Shown here piece by piece: positions 53,071-64,000 of a stretch of DNA of 64,000 nucleotides (its first letter is position 1; each line of letters begins with the position of its first letter). Below the pieces are notes generated by a model. That model was not told the origin of the DNA and made no database searches. It saw only the letters and a list, made by a program, of their open reading frames with translations. Source of the DNA: an uncultured bacterium. Lineage in GTDB: Bacteria; Babelota; Babeliae; Babelales; JACPOV01. The translations under genes and the position numbers were made by a program. The stretch covers positions 32,001 to 96,000 of the forward strand of contig CAVUUR010000007.1 in the NCBI GenBank assembly GCA_963744715.1, written 5' to 3'.

Positions 53071-54139
53071 CTATAGTAACGACGAATTATTAATAACACC
53101 ACCACCAAGACATTCATTACCATCATACAAAACCGCAAATTGCCCAGGTGCAATGCCTTGATCGCGTTCCGCTAATTGAATTCGTGCATGATTATCATTA
53201 ATAAAATCTATGGTACACGGATAACTATGGCTTCCGTGGCGCAATTTTACCTCAAGAGCTGTTTTTTGTGGCGCAGTGCCCGTAATCCAATGGCAGTTAA
53301 CGATCTCAAAGTGGTCACGAATTTTATCTTCTTGGTAATACGCGCGCGAAATATACACAATATTAGCAGCGCTATCTTTTGATACTACATACCACGGGCC
53401 CCCTGCAAGCCCAATTCCCTGCCGTTGCCCAATGGTGTAATACCAAAATCCTGCATGCGTTCCCATTACCGTTCCGGTTTCCATTTCAACTAATTGACCA
53501 ACTCGTTCCCCTAAATGAAAGCGCAAAAATTCTGAAAATTTTAATTTGCCCAAAAAACAAATTCCTTGGCTATCTTTTCTGCTTTTATTCGGGATATCAA
53601 TGGCATGCGCATACGCACGCACTTCATGTTTTGCCATGTGCCCTATGGGGAAAAGCGCCCGTGACAATTGCTGCTGACTGACGTGCGACAAAAAATAAGT
53701 CTGATCTTTAATAGGGTCCGGCGCTTTTAATAATCGCGCAACACCCTGTTCATTACTTGTTTGGGCATAATGTCCGGTTGCAACAAATGCAAAATCAGTA
53801 CCAATTTTCGAAAGAAAGGCACCAAATTTAATGCGTTGATTACACAAAATGTCGGGATTGGGAGTTCTGCCCTGCTTGACTTCAGCAATGGTATAAGGAA
53901 ACTACTTCTTGCCAATATTCTTTTTGTAATGAAACAACTTCAAGCGGCACTTCAAGCATAGCGCACACCGCCTGCACATACGAAAGATCTTCCTGCCAGG
54001 GGCACGTTCCTAAAAAGGAAAGCTCATCTTCTAACCAGATTTTAAGATAAAAAGCGGTAATATCGTATCCCTGTTGTTTAAGGAGTGATAATGCAACAGA
54101 GCTATCAACACCACCTGAAACCAGAACTGCTATTTTCAT
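53071..54139 (-). CDS. mnmA: tRNA 2-thiouridylase (apparent frameshifts near 53850-53900)
   Basis: [38 protein letters not shown]. Confidence 0.95.
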
Positions 54140-54270
54140 ATATTGTTACGTTAAATTGTATGTAATGCCTATGGTTATTATATAATTATACAATACTATA
54201 AAAAAAATTGTACTGTGAATTCGGGAGGAGATAACAAGTGAAAACATAAGATTAATGCAAAACTGAAATA

Positions 54271-55515
54271 TTAATATTTTATAATTTTATCGGCATTTTG
54301 CTTTATCATCTCTTTTCTGTGTACAATAACATAGGGCTTGTTGTCCGTTTGTGCACGTATTTTATTTTGACCTAAAAACCGCCCATCTATTTTACAATAG
54401 CAGCCATCATGCACCGGTGCTATTAAAGGATAAACATGTGGATTATATTTTTTTGTACCAGTAGGTAGCTTTGTAGGATAATAATAAAATAATGTAGAGA
54501 TTCGATTACATGGCAAAGTGTACTTAAGGAGATTTGCTTTTACTTGAAAATTATCCCTTAACGATTGAATTCTCTTTGTACCTTCCACATCTTTACTACC
54601 TTTTAGCATTTGTTCTGTTTTTATTGATTCCTCTTGGCCTCCATATTCTTTTCGTAACCCATTAGCTGCTTTTTGAAATTTTACATAGCGCGCATAATCT
54701 GCTGGATGAGGATCGAGCATTGCATTTGAAAAATATTTTATTCTATCAAAAATGCCTTTTGATTTGCTTCTTTGGTTATCATCAATAGCTTTGAAGAAAT
54801 AGGCCATTTCATCTAATATTTTTATTGCTTTTTTTACTTCAATATTTTTTTTTACAATATTTTGTTTAAGCTTTTTTATCGAAAATGTATCTGCATTAGA
54901 TTCAGACATATATCCAAAGCCCATCTTTAAATACTGTCCCATCTTTACGCCTAGATATATTCCACCCAAAAAAGTAATAAATTCTTGACCATTAGTTTTT
55001 TCCCTCTGCTGCATTATCAAATTTGGAATACCTAGTGCGCCTGCAAAAACAATATTTTGTAACGGTAACCGATTTTTATCCCATACACAATGGCCATATT
55101 CATGCAAAAGGAGTCCTTGAGCGCACGCAATGTAATTATAAGCATAAGGAAGATACGGATGATCAGGACATTCTTCACCATTATTTTTGATAAATTCAAA
55201 GTTAAACTCTAAATTTTTGGTTTCCTTTTCACTAACTATAATAGTATCGGATGAACCACTAACCATCGCTGCATAGGGGGATGTTACGTCTTTGGTTACT
55301 ATAGTTTTTGTGTTATTAGGATCTCTTCCTGCTAACAGAGCTTGTTGTTTTACAAAATCATTAATCTGTTTAGAACAGGATTTAGTATTATAGCCAGTTG
55401 CTAATTGGACAGCGGTTTTAAAATCACCTAATGAATCTCTTAATGTATCCATGCAAAAGCTTGTATGGATACTAAAAAACAGTAGTATTGCTGTATAGTG
55501 TGCAACTTTTATCAT
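54271..55515 (-). CDS. Exported HEXXH zinc metallopeptidase (M48-like) with C-terminal extension
   Basis: Signal peptide; HEYGH, ESNAD, HPADYAR. Confidence 0.7.
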   Translation of the reverse strand: MIKVAHYTAILLFFSIHTSFCMDTLRDSLGDFKTAVQLATGYNTKSCSKQINDFVKQQALLAGRDPNNTKTIVTKDVTSPYAAMVSGSSDTIIVSEKETKNLEFNFEFIKNNGEECPDHPYLPYAYNYIACAQGLLLHEYGHCVWDKNRLPLQNIVFAGALGIPNLIMQQREKTNGQEFITFLGGIYLGVKMGQYLKMGFGYMSESNADTFSIKKLKQNIVKKNIEVKKAIKILDEMAYFFKAIDDNQRSKSKGIFDRIKYFSNAMLDPHPADYARYVKFQKAANGLRKEYGGQEESIKTEQMLKGSKDVEGTKRIQSLRDNFQVKANLLKYTLPCNRISTLFYYYPTKLPTGTKKYNPHVYPLIAPVHDGCYCKIDGRFLGQNKIRAQTDNKPYVIVHRKEMIKQNADKIIKY

Positions 55516-55779
55516 TAACTTTCCCTAAAAAATTGAATTCCCCAAAAAATAATATAACTATATTAAATATTAGAATATTTGCTGATAAATTGCAAATTTG
55601 ATTTATTTCAAAAAAGAGTCTAGATGCGATAAAAACATAATCCAAAATTCGAGAATAATAACCTCGCAATTCAACCCCAAAGGATGCGTGTTTAGATTCA
55701 CCTATCCCTACCACAATTTTTATGATAAAATGCTAGAAGTTATTAAATTTTCCTAAATTTAAAGGTCATGTAATTTATT

Positions 55780-57433
55780 ATGAACCCGATAGAAACGATT
55801 CAAAAAAGTTTTTTACAGTTTATTCAACAACAGTTTTCTCTTAGCGCGCAAGAGTGTTCTTCTATCTCATTTTCTATCAATACTGATGAACAAAAACAGG
55901 CTTTTGGTGATATTACGAGTAATGCTGCACTAATTCTCGCAAAAAAAATACACAAAAATCCTCACGCCATTGCGCAGGAAATCAGCTCAAATTTTATGCA
56001 TGAAGCTATTGAAACCATACACATCGCTGGTGCTGGATTTGTTAATATAACACTCAAGCACAGCTGGTGGGTAATGATAGCCGAACAACTCTTTAACAAT
56101 AAAGAATCTTTTTTTAGATTAGATGAAAGTGTTCCTAAGCACTACGTTTCGATTGAATTTGTCAGCGCGAACCCTACCGGGCCATTACATATTGGGCACG
56201 GCAGAGGAGGCATTATCGGCGATGTTTTAGGAAATGTTTTTTCATTTTTAGGCCACAAGGTTGTAAAAGAATTTTATATCAATGATGCCGGCTCACAAAT
56301 AACCAAATTAGGTATGTCATTTAAAATACGTTGTCAGCAACTGTTAGGTATGTCCGTTGAGCTTCCGGAAGAATCGTATCATGGTGAATATCTGATTCCC
56401 TTAGCACAGAGCTGCGTAGACCAGTACGGCGCTGCATTGCTTCAACAACCGGATATTTTTTTTGCACAGTATGCAAAAGAACACTTATTAGAACATATTA
56501 AAAAAACATTATCTGATTATGGTATTACGTTTGATTGTCTGGTTTTCTGAAAAAACATTGCATGATAGTGGTGCTATTGCTACGGGCATTTCCCATTTAA
56601 CTGAACAAGATACAACTTACCAAAAAGATGATGCACTTTGGTTTAGAGCAACCACCTTTGGTGATGATAAAGATCGTGTACTGCGTAAAGCAAATGGTGA
56701 ATTAACGTATATTGCAGCCGACGTTGGCTATTTAGAAAATAAAATAGCGCGAAATTTTGATCATCTTATTATAGTACTTGGCCAAGATCATCATAGTTAC
56801 GTAGCGCGCTTAAAAGGTATTTTACAGGCTTTGAATCATGATCCTGCCATTCTTGATGTTATCTTATTTCAATTGGTAACCCTCAAAGCAACCGGACAAT
56901 TATTACGCATGTCAAAAAGAACCGGCAATATTGTTACGCTCGATGATCTGATTGAAACCGTTGGTAAAGATGTTGCTCGCTTCTTTTATCTCAATAGAAA
57001 AGCTGACGCACATTTAGATTTTGACGTTGATTTGGCATTAAAAAAAACTGATGAAAATCCAGTATACTACATACAGTATGCCTACGTGCGCACTAAAAGT
57101 ATTTTGCAAAAAGCAGAACAAGAACCTGATTTACGAGTTATTAATGACCGTGACACCGTAGGGTTAAGTGACGCAGAACAATTATTGCTCAAAAAGATTA
57201 TTTCTTTAAATCTACTCTTGCAATCTATTACCAAACATTATCAAACGCATACGCTGGCTTATTATGTTCTTGAATTAGCGCAACTATTTCATGCGTATTA
57301 TGCTAAAAATCGTATTATTGATCCGGAAAAAGTAACACAAAGCAGAGCTCGTTTGTTATTGGTTACTATTGTCAGAAATACGTTAGAAACATGTCTTAAT
57401 TTACTCGGCATTAGCTGCCCTGAAAGCATGTAA
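55780..57433 (+). CDS. argS: Arginine--tRNA ligase (apparent frameshift near 56540)
   Basis: EFVSANPTGPLHIGHGR, EFYINDAG, MSKRTG, YIQYAYVR, PESM. Confidence 0.95.
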
Positions 57434-57592
57434 ATACGATGAGTTCTCCCCGTGATTATTCCAATATTATAATTGCATATTGAAAAATAGATTTTTTTTA
57501 ATGATTATTAGTTGAATACTATCTCAATCATATGCATTATGGTATACTATTAATAAATAAATTATATATACTATTTTACCTACTTTTAAACT

Positions 57593-59242
57593 ATGAATCT
57601 TAATCTTGCAAGAAAATGGCGATCACGTAACTTTGACCAAATCATCGGTCAACAATTGTCAATTAGAATACTTAAAAATAGTCTTTACCGAAATCATTTT
57701 TTTCCGGTGTATCTCTTTTCTGGCCAGCGCGGCTGTGGCAAAACAACCACGGCGCGAATTTTTGCCGCTGCGGTTAATTGCAAAGAATTAATACCCTTTC
57801 AACAATCTCCTAAGGATAGTTCTATCCCCTGTTTGGCCTGTACTTCTTGCCAGGCAATGATGCATGGCCGACATCCGGATTTTATTGAAATTGATGCGGC
57901 ATCGCATACCGGTGTTGATAATGTACGCAATATTATTGAGGCAGCATCCTTTTTACCATTATTGGGAACAAAAAAAATATATCTTGTTGATGAAGCACAC
58001 ATGTTAAGCAAAGCCGCTTGTAATGCCTTTTTAAAAATTTTAGAAGAACCGCCAACCTCAGTTTTTTTTATTTTAGCAACCACCGACCCGCAAAAAATAC
58101 CGGATACGGTAAAATCACGCTGTTTCCAATTATTATTTAATGCGGTTGCAGCTGATGAGGTGCGCGATCATTTACAAGCCATTTGTAATCAGGAATCGAT
58201 ACCATGTGATACCGAAGGATTACAAACTATCGTTAATCATAGTGGCGGATCAGTGCGCGATGCTATTAACTTATTAGAACAGGTTAGATTTTCTACTGAT
58301 TGCGTAACTAAACAGGCGGTATTAGCCGTTATTGGTTATATTGATGATCATCAAATGCAAAAACTTTTAGACATTTTAATAACAAAGAATACTGAAGATC
58401 TCGTGCAATGGTTACACCATAATCGTATTGAAGAACACACGGCCATCACCGTATGGAATTCATTGCTTGAACTTATTGGCTCAGCATTATGGAATTCTTA
58501 TGGTGTTAGTTCAAAAGAAACCGTAAACCCTGAACATTATTCTGCATCAGAATTATGTTCATTATTACAAATGCTCTATGATTACGAACTATTATTATTG
58601 AAAACAACCTCGCAACATCGGCTACTAGAAAACATTTTTTTTATTATGTGCCAACAACACCAAGAATTACCGCCATCAACCATAGTAAAAAAAACGGAAG
58701 TATCAGTAGATCGCCCATCAGTTGCAAGCGTTAAAGAAGAGATTAAACCACAACTAATTGCAAAAACATCTACCGTTAACCAACAATGGAATCTTGCATT
58801 GAATCAGATTGAAACACTTAATGATCCATTGCTCGCCTCTATTTTTAAGCAAGGGCGTTTTGTAAGCTTTGATGAAGCTTCGGGTAACCTTGAGCTACAT
58901 TTTGCTAAAGATTTTTCTTTTTTTAAAGAAAGGCTTGATAGCACGATCACCTTATGGAAACCATTGTTACAAAAAATTTTTGGGCAACGGGTACAATGCA
59001 ATGCACATTTTATTGAGGAACAAAAAAATATTGGAAGCGATGCTCCCGATAAAAAAATGGAAACACCAATGCCAGTAGGGCAAAAGAATTCTACGGCAAA
59101 AACCGTCGTTGATAATTTTATTGCAAAAAAAGATCATAGAAAAGAATCCGGGGTAAATAATTCTACGTCTGAAAAAGCTGCTATGCTTTTAAAAATATTT
59201 CCGGGCTCTATAACTGAAATACCTAAGGAACATCATGAGTAA
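57593..59242 (+). CDS. dnaX: DNA polymerase III subunit gamma/tau
   Basis: LARKWR, GQRGCGKTT, EIDAAS, DEAHML, SRC. Confidence 0.96.
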   Translation: MNLNLARKWRSRNFDQIIGQQLSIRILKNSLYRNHFFPVYLFSGQRGCGKTTTARIFAAAVNCKELIPFQQSPKDSSIPCLACTSCQAMMHGRHPDFIEIDAASHTGVDNVRNIIEAASFLPLLGTKKIYLVDEAHMLSKAACNAFLKILEEPPTSVFFILATTDPQKIPDTVKSRCFQLLFNAVAADEVRDHLQAICNQESIPCDTEGLQTIVNHSGGSVRDAINLLEQVRFSTDCVTKQAVLAVIGYIDDHQMQKLLDILITKNTEDLVQWLHHNRIEEHTAITVWNSLLELIGSALWNSYGVSSKETVNPEHYSASELCSLLQMLYDYELLLLKTTSQHRLLENIFFIMCQQHQELPPSTIVKKTEVSVDRPSVASVKEEIKPQLIAKTSTVNQQWNLALNQIETLNDPLLASIFKQGRFVSFDEASGNLELHFAKDFSFFKERLDSTITLWKPLLQKIFGQRVQCNAHFIEEQKNIGSDAPDKKMETPMPVGQKNSTAKTVVDNFIAKKDHRKESGVNNSTSEKAAMLLKIFPGSITEIPKEHHE

Positions 59243-60551
59243 ACTGCCTAAAGTAGTAATTGTTGGCAGAACAAACGTTGGCAAATCAACCTTATTTAAT
59301 AGATTATCGGTCGACGTAAAAAGTTTAATGCTCGATTATCATGGCGTTACGCGAGATTTTATTACCGATACTATTTGTTGGCAAGAAAACTGTTTTGAAC
59401 TCATTGATAGCGGTGGTATCAGTTTACAAAAAACACAGGACGAATTAGCCGCCAAAGTGCAACAGATTGTATTCCAACTTATTGAATCGGCTGATATTAT
59501 TCTTTTTGTATGTGACGGTACTATTGGATTGCTTCCGGAAGATCGTGAAATCGGTAATTATTTGCATAAGCTGAATAAAAAAGTCATGTTAATCATTAAT
59601 AAAATTGATAGAAATCAAGCACAGCAACTTTCGTATGAATTTCTGAAGCTCGGTTTTGCTCATGAATATAGTATCTCCGCTCAACATGGTCTTGGTATTC
59701 ATGATGTATTAAATGGCATTATTCCGTTACTGCCAAAAAAAATAACCGAAGATACGGAAAAAACTACTTCATACAGAATTGTTTTATTGGGTAAACCAAA
59801 TGTTGGAAAATCTTCGTTAATGAATATGCTTTTGGAGCGCGAGCGTTCGTTAGTGAGTACTATTGCAGGAACAACTCGAGAAGCAATAACCGAACCATTA
59901 ACCTTCTATCAAGAAACTATCGCGCTAACCGATACGCCCGGTATACGCCGCAAGCGATCGGTAGGAGAACAACTTGAACAGATGATGGTTAAAACGTCAT
60001 TTCGGGCACTCGATCACGCTGCAATTGTTTTATTACTTATCGATGCCGCATCAGGAGTTTTGAGTGATCAAGAATTAAAATTGGCTTTTTATGCTTTTGA
60101 ACAGGGAAAAGCGCTGATTGTGTTATTCAATAAAGAAGATACCATGAATCCTCAACAACGCGCTGATTTAGACGTTGAGATGGATCGATATGATTATTTT
60201 ATCAAAAAAATTCCGCATCTTTTTATTTCATGTAAAACTGGAAAAAATATTGGGCGCATTTTACCACTCGTTAAAAAAGTATGGGAACGGCATAGCCAAT
60301 GGTTGCCTGCAGAAGAATTGAATCGAATCTGCAAAGATGCATTAGAGAGAACTCCTTTGTATCATCAATCGCACAAATTAGTAGTTCATAAGGCGGAGCA
60401 AATTGCCACGGCACCGGTAACCATATTATTAAAAGTAAACCAACCATTATGGTTCGGACCAAGCCAACAAGCATTTTTTGCCAATGTTATTCGTAATCAC
60501 TATGATTTGTTAGGTGCTCCGCTGATTATGGTACCAAGAAAAAAAGGCTAA
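59235..60551 (+). CDS. der: Ribosome biogenesis GTPase Der
   Basis: Two G domains: GRTNVGKS and GKPNVGKS. Confidence 0.95.
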   Translation: MSKLPKVVIVGRTNVGKSTLFNRLSVDVKSLMLDYHGVTRDFITDTICWQENCFELIDSGGISLQKTQDELAAKVQQIVFQLIESADIILFVCDGTIGLLPEDREIGNYLHKLNKKVMLIINKIDRNQAQQLSYEFLKLGFAHEYSISAQHGLGIHDVLNGIIPLLPKKITEDTEKTTSYRIVLLGKPNVGKSSLMNMLLERERSLVSTIAGTTREAITEPLTFYQETIALTDTPGIRRKRSVGEQLEQMMVKTSFRALDHAAIVLLLIDAASGVLSDQELKLAFYAFEQGKALIVLFNKEDTMNPQQRADLDVEMDRYDYFIKKIPHLFISCKTGKNIGRILPLVKKVWERHSQWLPAEELNRICKDALERTPLYHQSHKLVVHKAEQIATAPVTILLKVNQPLWFGPSQQAFFANVIRNHYDLLGAPLIMVPRKKG

Positions 60552-60615
60552 AAAAAATCAATATTGCTTTTGTTAATTACTTTATTGTACCATTACAATA
60601 AAATAAGGAGTTGGT

Positions 60616-60948
60616 ATGAATAAGCGAATTTTTTTTCATGAAATGGAACGTTCTGTAGCAATGGAACGCTATGCTGATGAACAATTAGAAAAAATTGTTA
60701 AATTTTTAGAACATGAACGAGAACCTATTTATTTGGATTTAACGATAGAAGCCGGACGCCCGCATGCTCATCACAAGGTCAATCTTCTATTAAAAACACC
60801 ACACTATGAGCTTATCGCTCAAGATGAAGGCCCTGAAGCGTACAAAGTACTCGATACGGTTATTGACACTATGTATAAGAATCTTCGTAAAAAGAAAGAA
60901 GAACGTGTTGATAACCAAAAAACTACTAATTGGTACAAAGGAACCTAA
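60616..60948 (+). CDS. hpf: Ribosome hibernation promoting factor (HPF/RaiA family)
   Basis: SVAMERYADEQLEKI...YKVLDTVIDTMYKNLRKKKE. Confidence 0.75.
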   Translation: MNKRIFFHEMERSVAMERYADEQLEKIVKFLEHEREPIYLDLTIEAGRPHAHHKVNLLLKTPHYELIAQDEGPEAYKVLDTVIDTMYKNLRKKKEERVDNQKTTNWYKGT

Positions 60949-61110
60949 TCTTTTTAGATAGTGCTTAAAAACGATAAAGACCTTAATTACAAATCATTTC
61001 CTATCTGAAACTACCCATTTGATTAATATATAAAAATCATGTAAAATTGTATTATAGATTTAATACTAATAATCAAAGAATAATAACTGTATTGTTGCAT
61101 AAAGGTAATC

Positions 61111-62079
61111 ATGAGCAATAGCATACTTCTCGTTAAACTAATTTTTAACTTTGTTATCGGTTTATTTAGTAGTTCTCCCTTTGATATTACCTTGATTGAC
61201 CCTAATACTCTTTCTCAAGAAGCTACGCTCGAATTAAAAAATTTTGAAGCATCTTTTAGTTATCCATTCAGTAATACCGAAGAGTTTAAAATTCAACATG
61301 GCAAAGATGGTAACTACTTTGCTTTTTTTGAACGCCTTGGAAAACCTTATTATTACATGGCACGAAACAAAGAAAATAAAAAATTCACTAAAACCGTTGA
61401 TAATGAAACGGTAACTCTTGAGCACAAACGAGGAGAACTTGCTGCGGTAGGATGCGGAATTTTAAGGAAACTCAAAACATATAATGGTACATCAATTAAT
61501 GCTTGGTATATCTGTGATTTAAAAGTTAATACATCGTATCAAGGCGAGCACTTACCGTTAATAATGACGCAAAAGGCACTCGTACCGAGATTTGTACAAT
61601 GCCCTAGAGGCTTTGGTATTTGCATGAATCCACCATCAGGAGAACCAAAGGCGGCCGGTATTTTTAAAAAACATGGCCCAATTCCAGGGCTCGATACACA
61701 GACACTAAATCTCTATACCTTATCTGCACAAGATGTTAAAAAACATCAAGCATCTATAGAAGATTGTCTCAAAAAACATGGTTACCTGAATGAAACTATG
61801 CAGATTAATTTTGTTTCAACCAACGGCGCCAAAGATTATATTATTTTTGATAAATCTGGCAACAATCAACGTCCATGGCATTTGTTTCATATGAACGTTG
61901 ATACAACGAGAACTACCGAATATCACCACGATGGTTGTTATATGATTTCTTCGGTAGATACAACGCCGCTTGATACTGAGTTAAAATCTATAATAGGTTC
62001 GCCATCTTCAACGGCTCAAATCGTTAGTTTTGGCATGAAAGATGTTGATTTTAATTTTTTAACGTCAGATCAAATTTAA
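61111..62079 (+). CDS. Hypothetical protein with GNAT-like segment
   Basis: AVGCGILR...AWYICDLKVNTSYQGEHL resembles GNAT motif A. Confidence 0.55.
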   Translation: MSNSILLVKLIFNFVIGLFSSSPFDITLIDPNTLSQEATLELKNFEASFSYPFSNTEEFKIQHGKDGNYFAFFERLGKPYYYMARNKENKKFTKTVDNETVTLEHKRGELAAVGCGILRKLKTYNGTSINAWYICDLKVNTSYQGEHLPLIMTQKALVPRFVQCPRGFGICMNPPSGEPKAAGIFKKHGPIPGLDTQTLNLYTLSAQDVKKHQASIEDCLKKHGYLNETMQINFVSTNGAKDYIIFDKSGNNQRPWHLFHMNVDTTRTTEYHHDGCYMISSVDTTPLDTELKSIIGSPSSTAQIVSFGMKDVDFNFLTSDQI

Positions 62080-62101
62080 ATTTTTTTGATCATTATTGTT
62101 T

Positions 62102-63883
62102 TTATATACTGCTCATCAACTCATTGATAAATAGTTCAGCGGGCATAGTATATAATTCACTTCCCCACTGTTTAATAACTTCATTAGTAACCGGATCAAC
62201 AAGAAGGAAGGTAGGAAATCCTACAATAGTATAGTTGTTTTTAAGCGTGTTATACGGTTCTGCTTTTTCATTGGTACCATCTACACTCAGCGGAACCACA
62301 AGATTTAATGCTTGCATAACATTCTGATCTACTAACAATGTTTTGTTAATGGCAGTACATATTGAACAAAACTGTGCCCAAAAATCGATAAATATTTTTT
62401 TATTTTCTGCTCGTGCTTTGTGCAAAGCATGTTCGTACGAAGTGTGCCAGATACTAGCATGATTACTATATTTCTCTTGATACCGCATTTTAAATGATTG
62501 CGTTAACAGCACCACCGAAAGTGCTATTAACAACATACCAAAAATATTATTTATTGTTTTCCACATTGAGCGAACCATCGGTTGCGTGCTGTACACATAG
62601 TAGATGCCAACAACGAGAATTATCAAAGAAGTAATAAACATTAAAATATGTAAGGGTACAATATTACTTAAATAATATAAGCAAACACCTATCAGCATAA
62701 AGCCAAAAAACTTTTTAATTTCAAGCATCCAAGAACCGGTTTTTGGAAACATGGTTAGTGAATTGGAAAAAGTTCCTATAACTAACAACGGTGTACTCAA
62801 TCCAACACCAAAGGAAAATAACAATAAAAACCCTAAAAGCGTATTGCCCAAGGTGGCTACAATACTTAATAAAAGAGCCAATCCTGGCGAAACGCATGGT
62901 GAAGCAATAGTGCCACTCGCAGCGCCAAAAATAAATGCCGATACCAAAGAACCGTTAGTTTTGATGTTATGTTGTGATTGAAAAACACGCGGAATATATA
63001 ATTCATATAATCCAAACATTGAAAATGCTAAATAAAGAAGAATAATAACGATAAACGCTACCGATAGCGGATGTACGAGTAATTTACCATATAAAGGACC
63101 ACTACAACTTGCCAAAAGGCCAAAACAAGCAAAGGTGGTTGCCAATCCCATCGTGTAGCAAAATGCTAAAAAAAAGTTATAGATAAATGACGAACTTCGT
63201 TGTGCTTGCAATATTCCTACGGTGATAGGAATCATAGGATAAATACAAGGGGTTAAACTCAAAAGTATCCCCAGTAAAAAAACAAGCAAAATACGTATTG
63301 GCGTAGATTTAGTTTGCTCGATCAACGTTGATACATATTTTGCATAATTCCATAACACCTGCATTATTGATTTCTTTGGTGAAGACTTAGCAGCAGGTTC
63401 ATGCTGAGTCTTTTTTTTAACCGTGTCAGCTATTATGGTTTGCTCTTCTGTTTTTTGCACCAGCGTTGAGGAAGCATTAGCTATACTAAAAGAAAGCGGT
63501 ATAAGTTCGATCTGAGGCGATTGCTGACTGTAATGATACGTAACGTGCAAAAAAGCATTATCGACAGCTTTGTCAGTACTATTTTCAACGATAAAAGTTA
63601 TATAAAAATCTTCATCAAAAACTAATTTCGTTTCTTTACTTACTTCATCATAATGGTTTACCGCTTCTCGGCTACTAGACCAATCGGATAGTACAATCTC
63701 CGGACTATCAACCGAAACATTAAGAGAATCTTTATAGAGATAATTGCCGGTTTTTATTGCAAAAAATACCGTTATTTTCTGTTTTTTCAGATCAATGCTT
63801 TCATGTTTAACCGTTATTGAAGCAGTAAGAACCATGCTCATAACTAAAGAAAAAACTGTAATAAAAAATCTACTGGTATTCAT
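62102..63883 (-). CDS. dsbD: Thiol:disulfide interchange protein
   Basis: LTPCIYPMIP, ASPC, GSWM, thioredoxin domain FWAQFCSIC. Confidence 0.92.
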   Translation of the reverse strand: MNTSRFFITVFSLVMSMVLTASITVKHESIDLKKQKITVFFAIKTGNYLYKDSLNVSVDSPEIVLSDWSSSREAVNHYDEVSKETKLVFDEDFYITFIVENSTDKAVDNAFLHVTYHYSQQSPQIELIPLSFSIANASSTLVQKTEEQTIIADTVKKKTQHEPAAKSSPKKSIMQVLWNYAKYVSTLIEQTKSTPIRILLVFLLGILLSLTPCIYPMIPITVGILQAQRSSSFIYNFFLAFCYTMGLATTFACFGLLASCSGPLYGKLLVHPLSVAFIVIILLYLAFSMFGLYELYIPRVFQSQHNIKTNGSLVSAFIFGAASGTIASPCVSPGLALLLSIVATLGNTLLGFLLLFSFGVGLSTPLLVIGTFSNSLTMFPKTGSWMLEIKKFFGFMLIGVCLYYLSNIVPLHILMFITSLIILVVGIYYVYSTQPMVRSMWKTINNIFGMLLIALSVVLLTQSFKMRYQEKYSNHASIWHTSYEHALHKARAENKKIFIDFWAQFCSICTAINKTLLVDQNVMQALNLVVPLSVDGTNEKAEPYNTLKNNYTIVGFPTFLLVDPVTNEVIKQWGSELYTMPAELFINELMSSI

Positions 63884-64000
63884 AACGTTCCTGACACTAG
63901 TGTTGCTATTTTATTAAGCATTGTTAAACTTTTAAGAGTATTTCTTCCGTTAAGAATACATCAATTTAACATTTTTTTAAATTTAAAAGTTTTGGGGTTG

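Noticed and set aside
58687..58694. A8 run in dnaX as a slippage site producing the gamma subunit
   Set aside because: Position is plausible, but A runs of this length are common throughout this AT-rich window and I saw no supporting signal
945..62981. Numerous 60-125 aa ORFs antisense or out of frame within larger genes
   Set aside because: Shadow ORFs with no recognisable motifs; repeated ones only reflect paralogy of the host genes
1..64000. CRISPR array, IS element, integrase, prophage or rRNA
   Set aside because: No regularly spaced repeats, transposase/integrase motifs, phage structural genes or rRNA-like sequence seen by eye

Overview
AT-rich bacterial chromosome segment. Gene content suggests Candidatus Dependentiae (TM6/Babelota), intracellular parasites of protists; this is an inference from the many signal-peptide proteins with ankyrin, WD40 or HEXXH domains, not a computed placement. 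Housekeeping blocks are tsf-pyrH-frr-tRNA-Lys-tRNA-Leu-tig-trxB-rpmH-rnpA-yidD, potABCD, an Omp85 gene, gltX, rpsU-rbfA-prepilin peptidase, ftsH-rpmB-rpsT, pgsA, mnmA, argS, dnaX-der-hpf and dsbD, interleaved with accessory genes. Main candidate novel system: three loci encoding signal-peptide-bearing polymorphic toxins with a conserved N-terminal carrier I do not recognise, swapped C-terminal toxin-like tips, and downstream immunity-like genes. One locus still carries the displaced immunity pair and stop codon of the tip seen at another locus. The same '3'-end displacement' geometry recurs at two non-toxin genes. Also notable: a secreted-looking homolog of mitochondrial ATAD3, an FtsH with two tandem AAA modules, and a BC-box/WD40 protein. 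Several essential genes carry single-base frameshifts, most likely sequencing or assembly errors. Family assignments come from motif recognition and memory; no searches were run.
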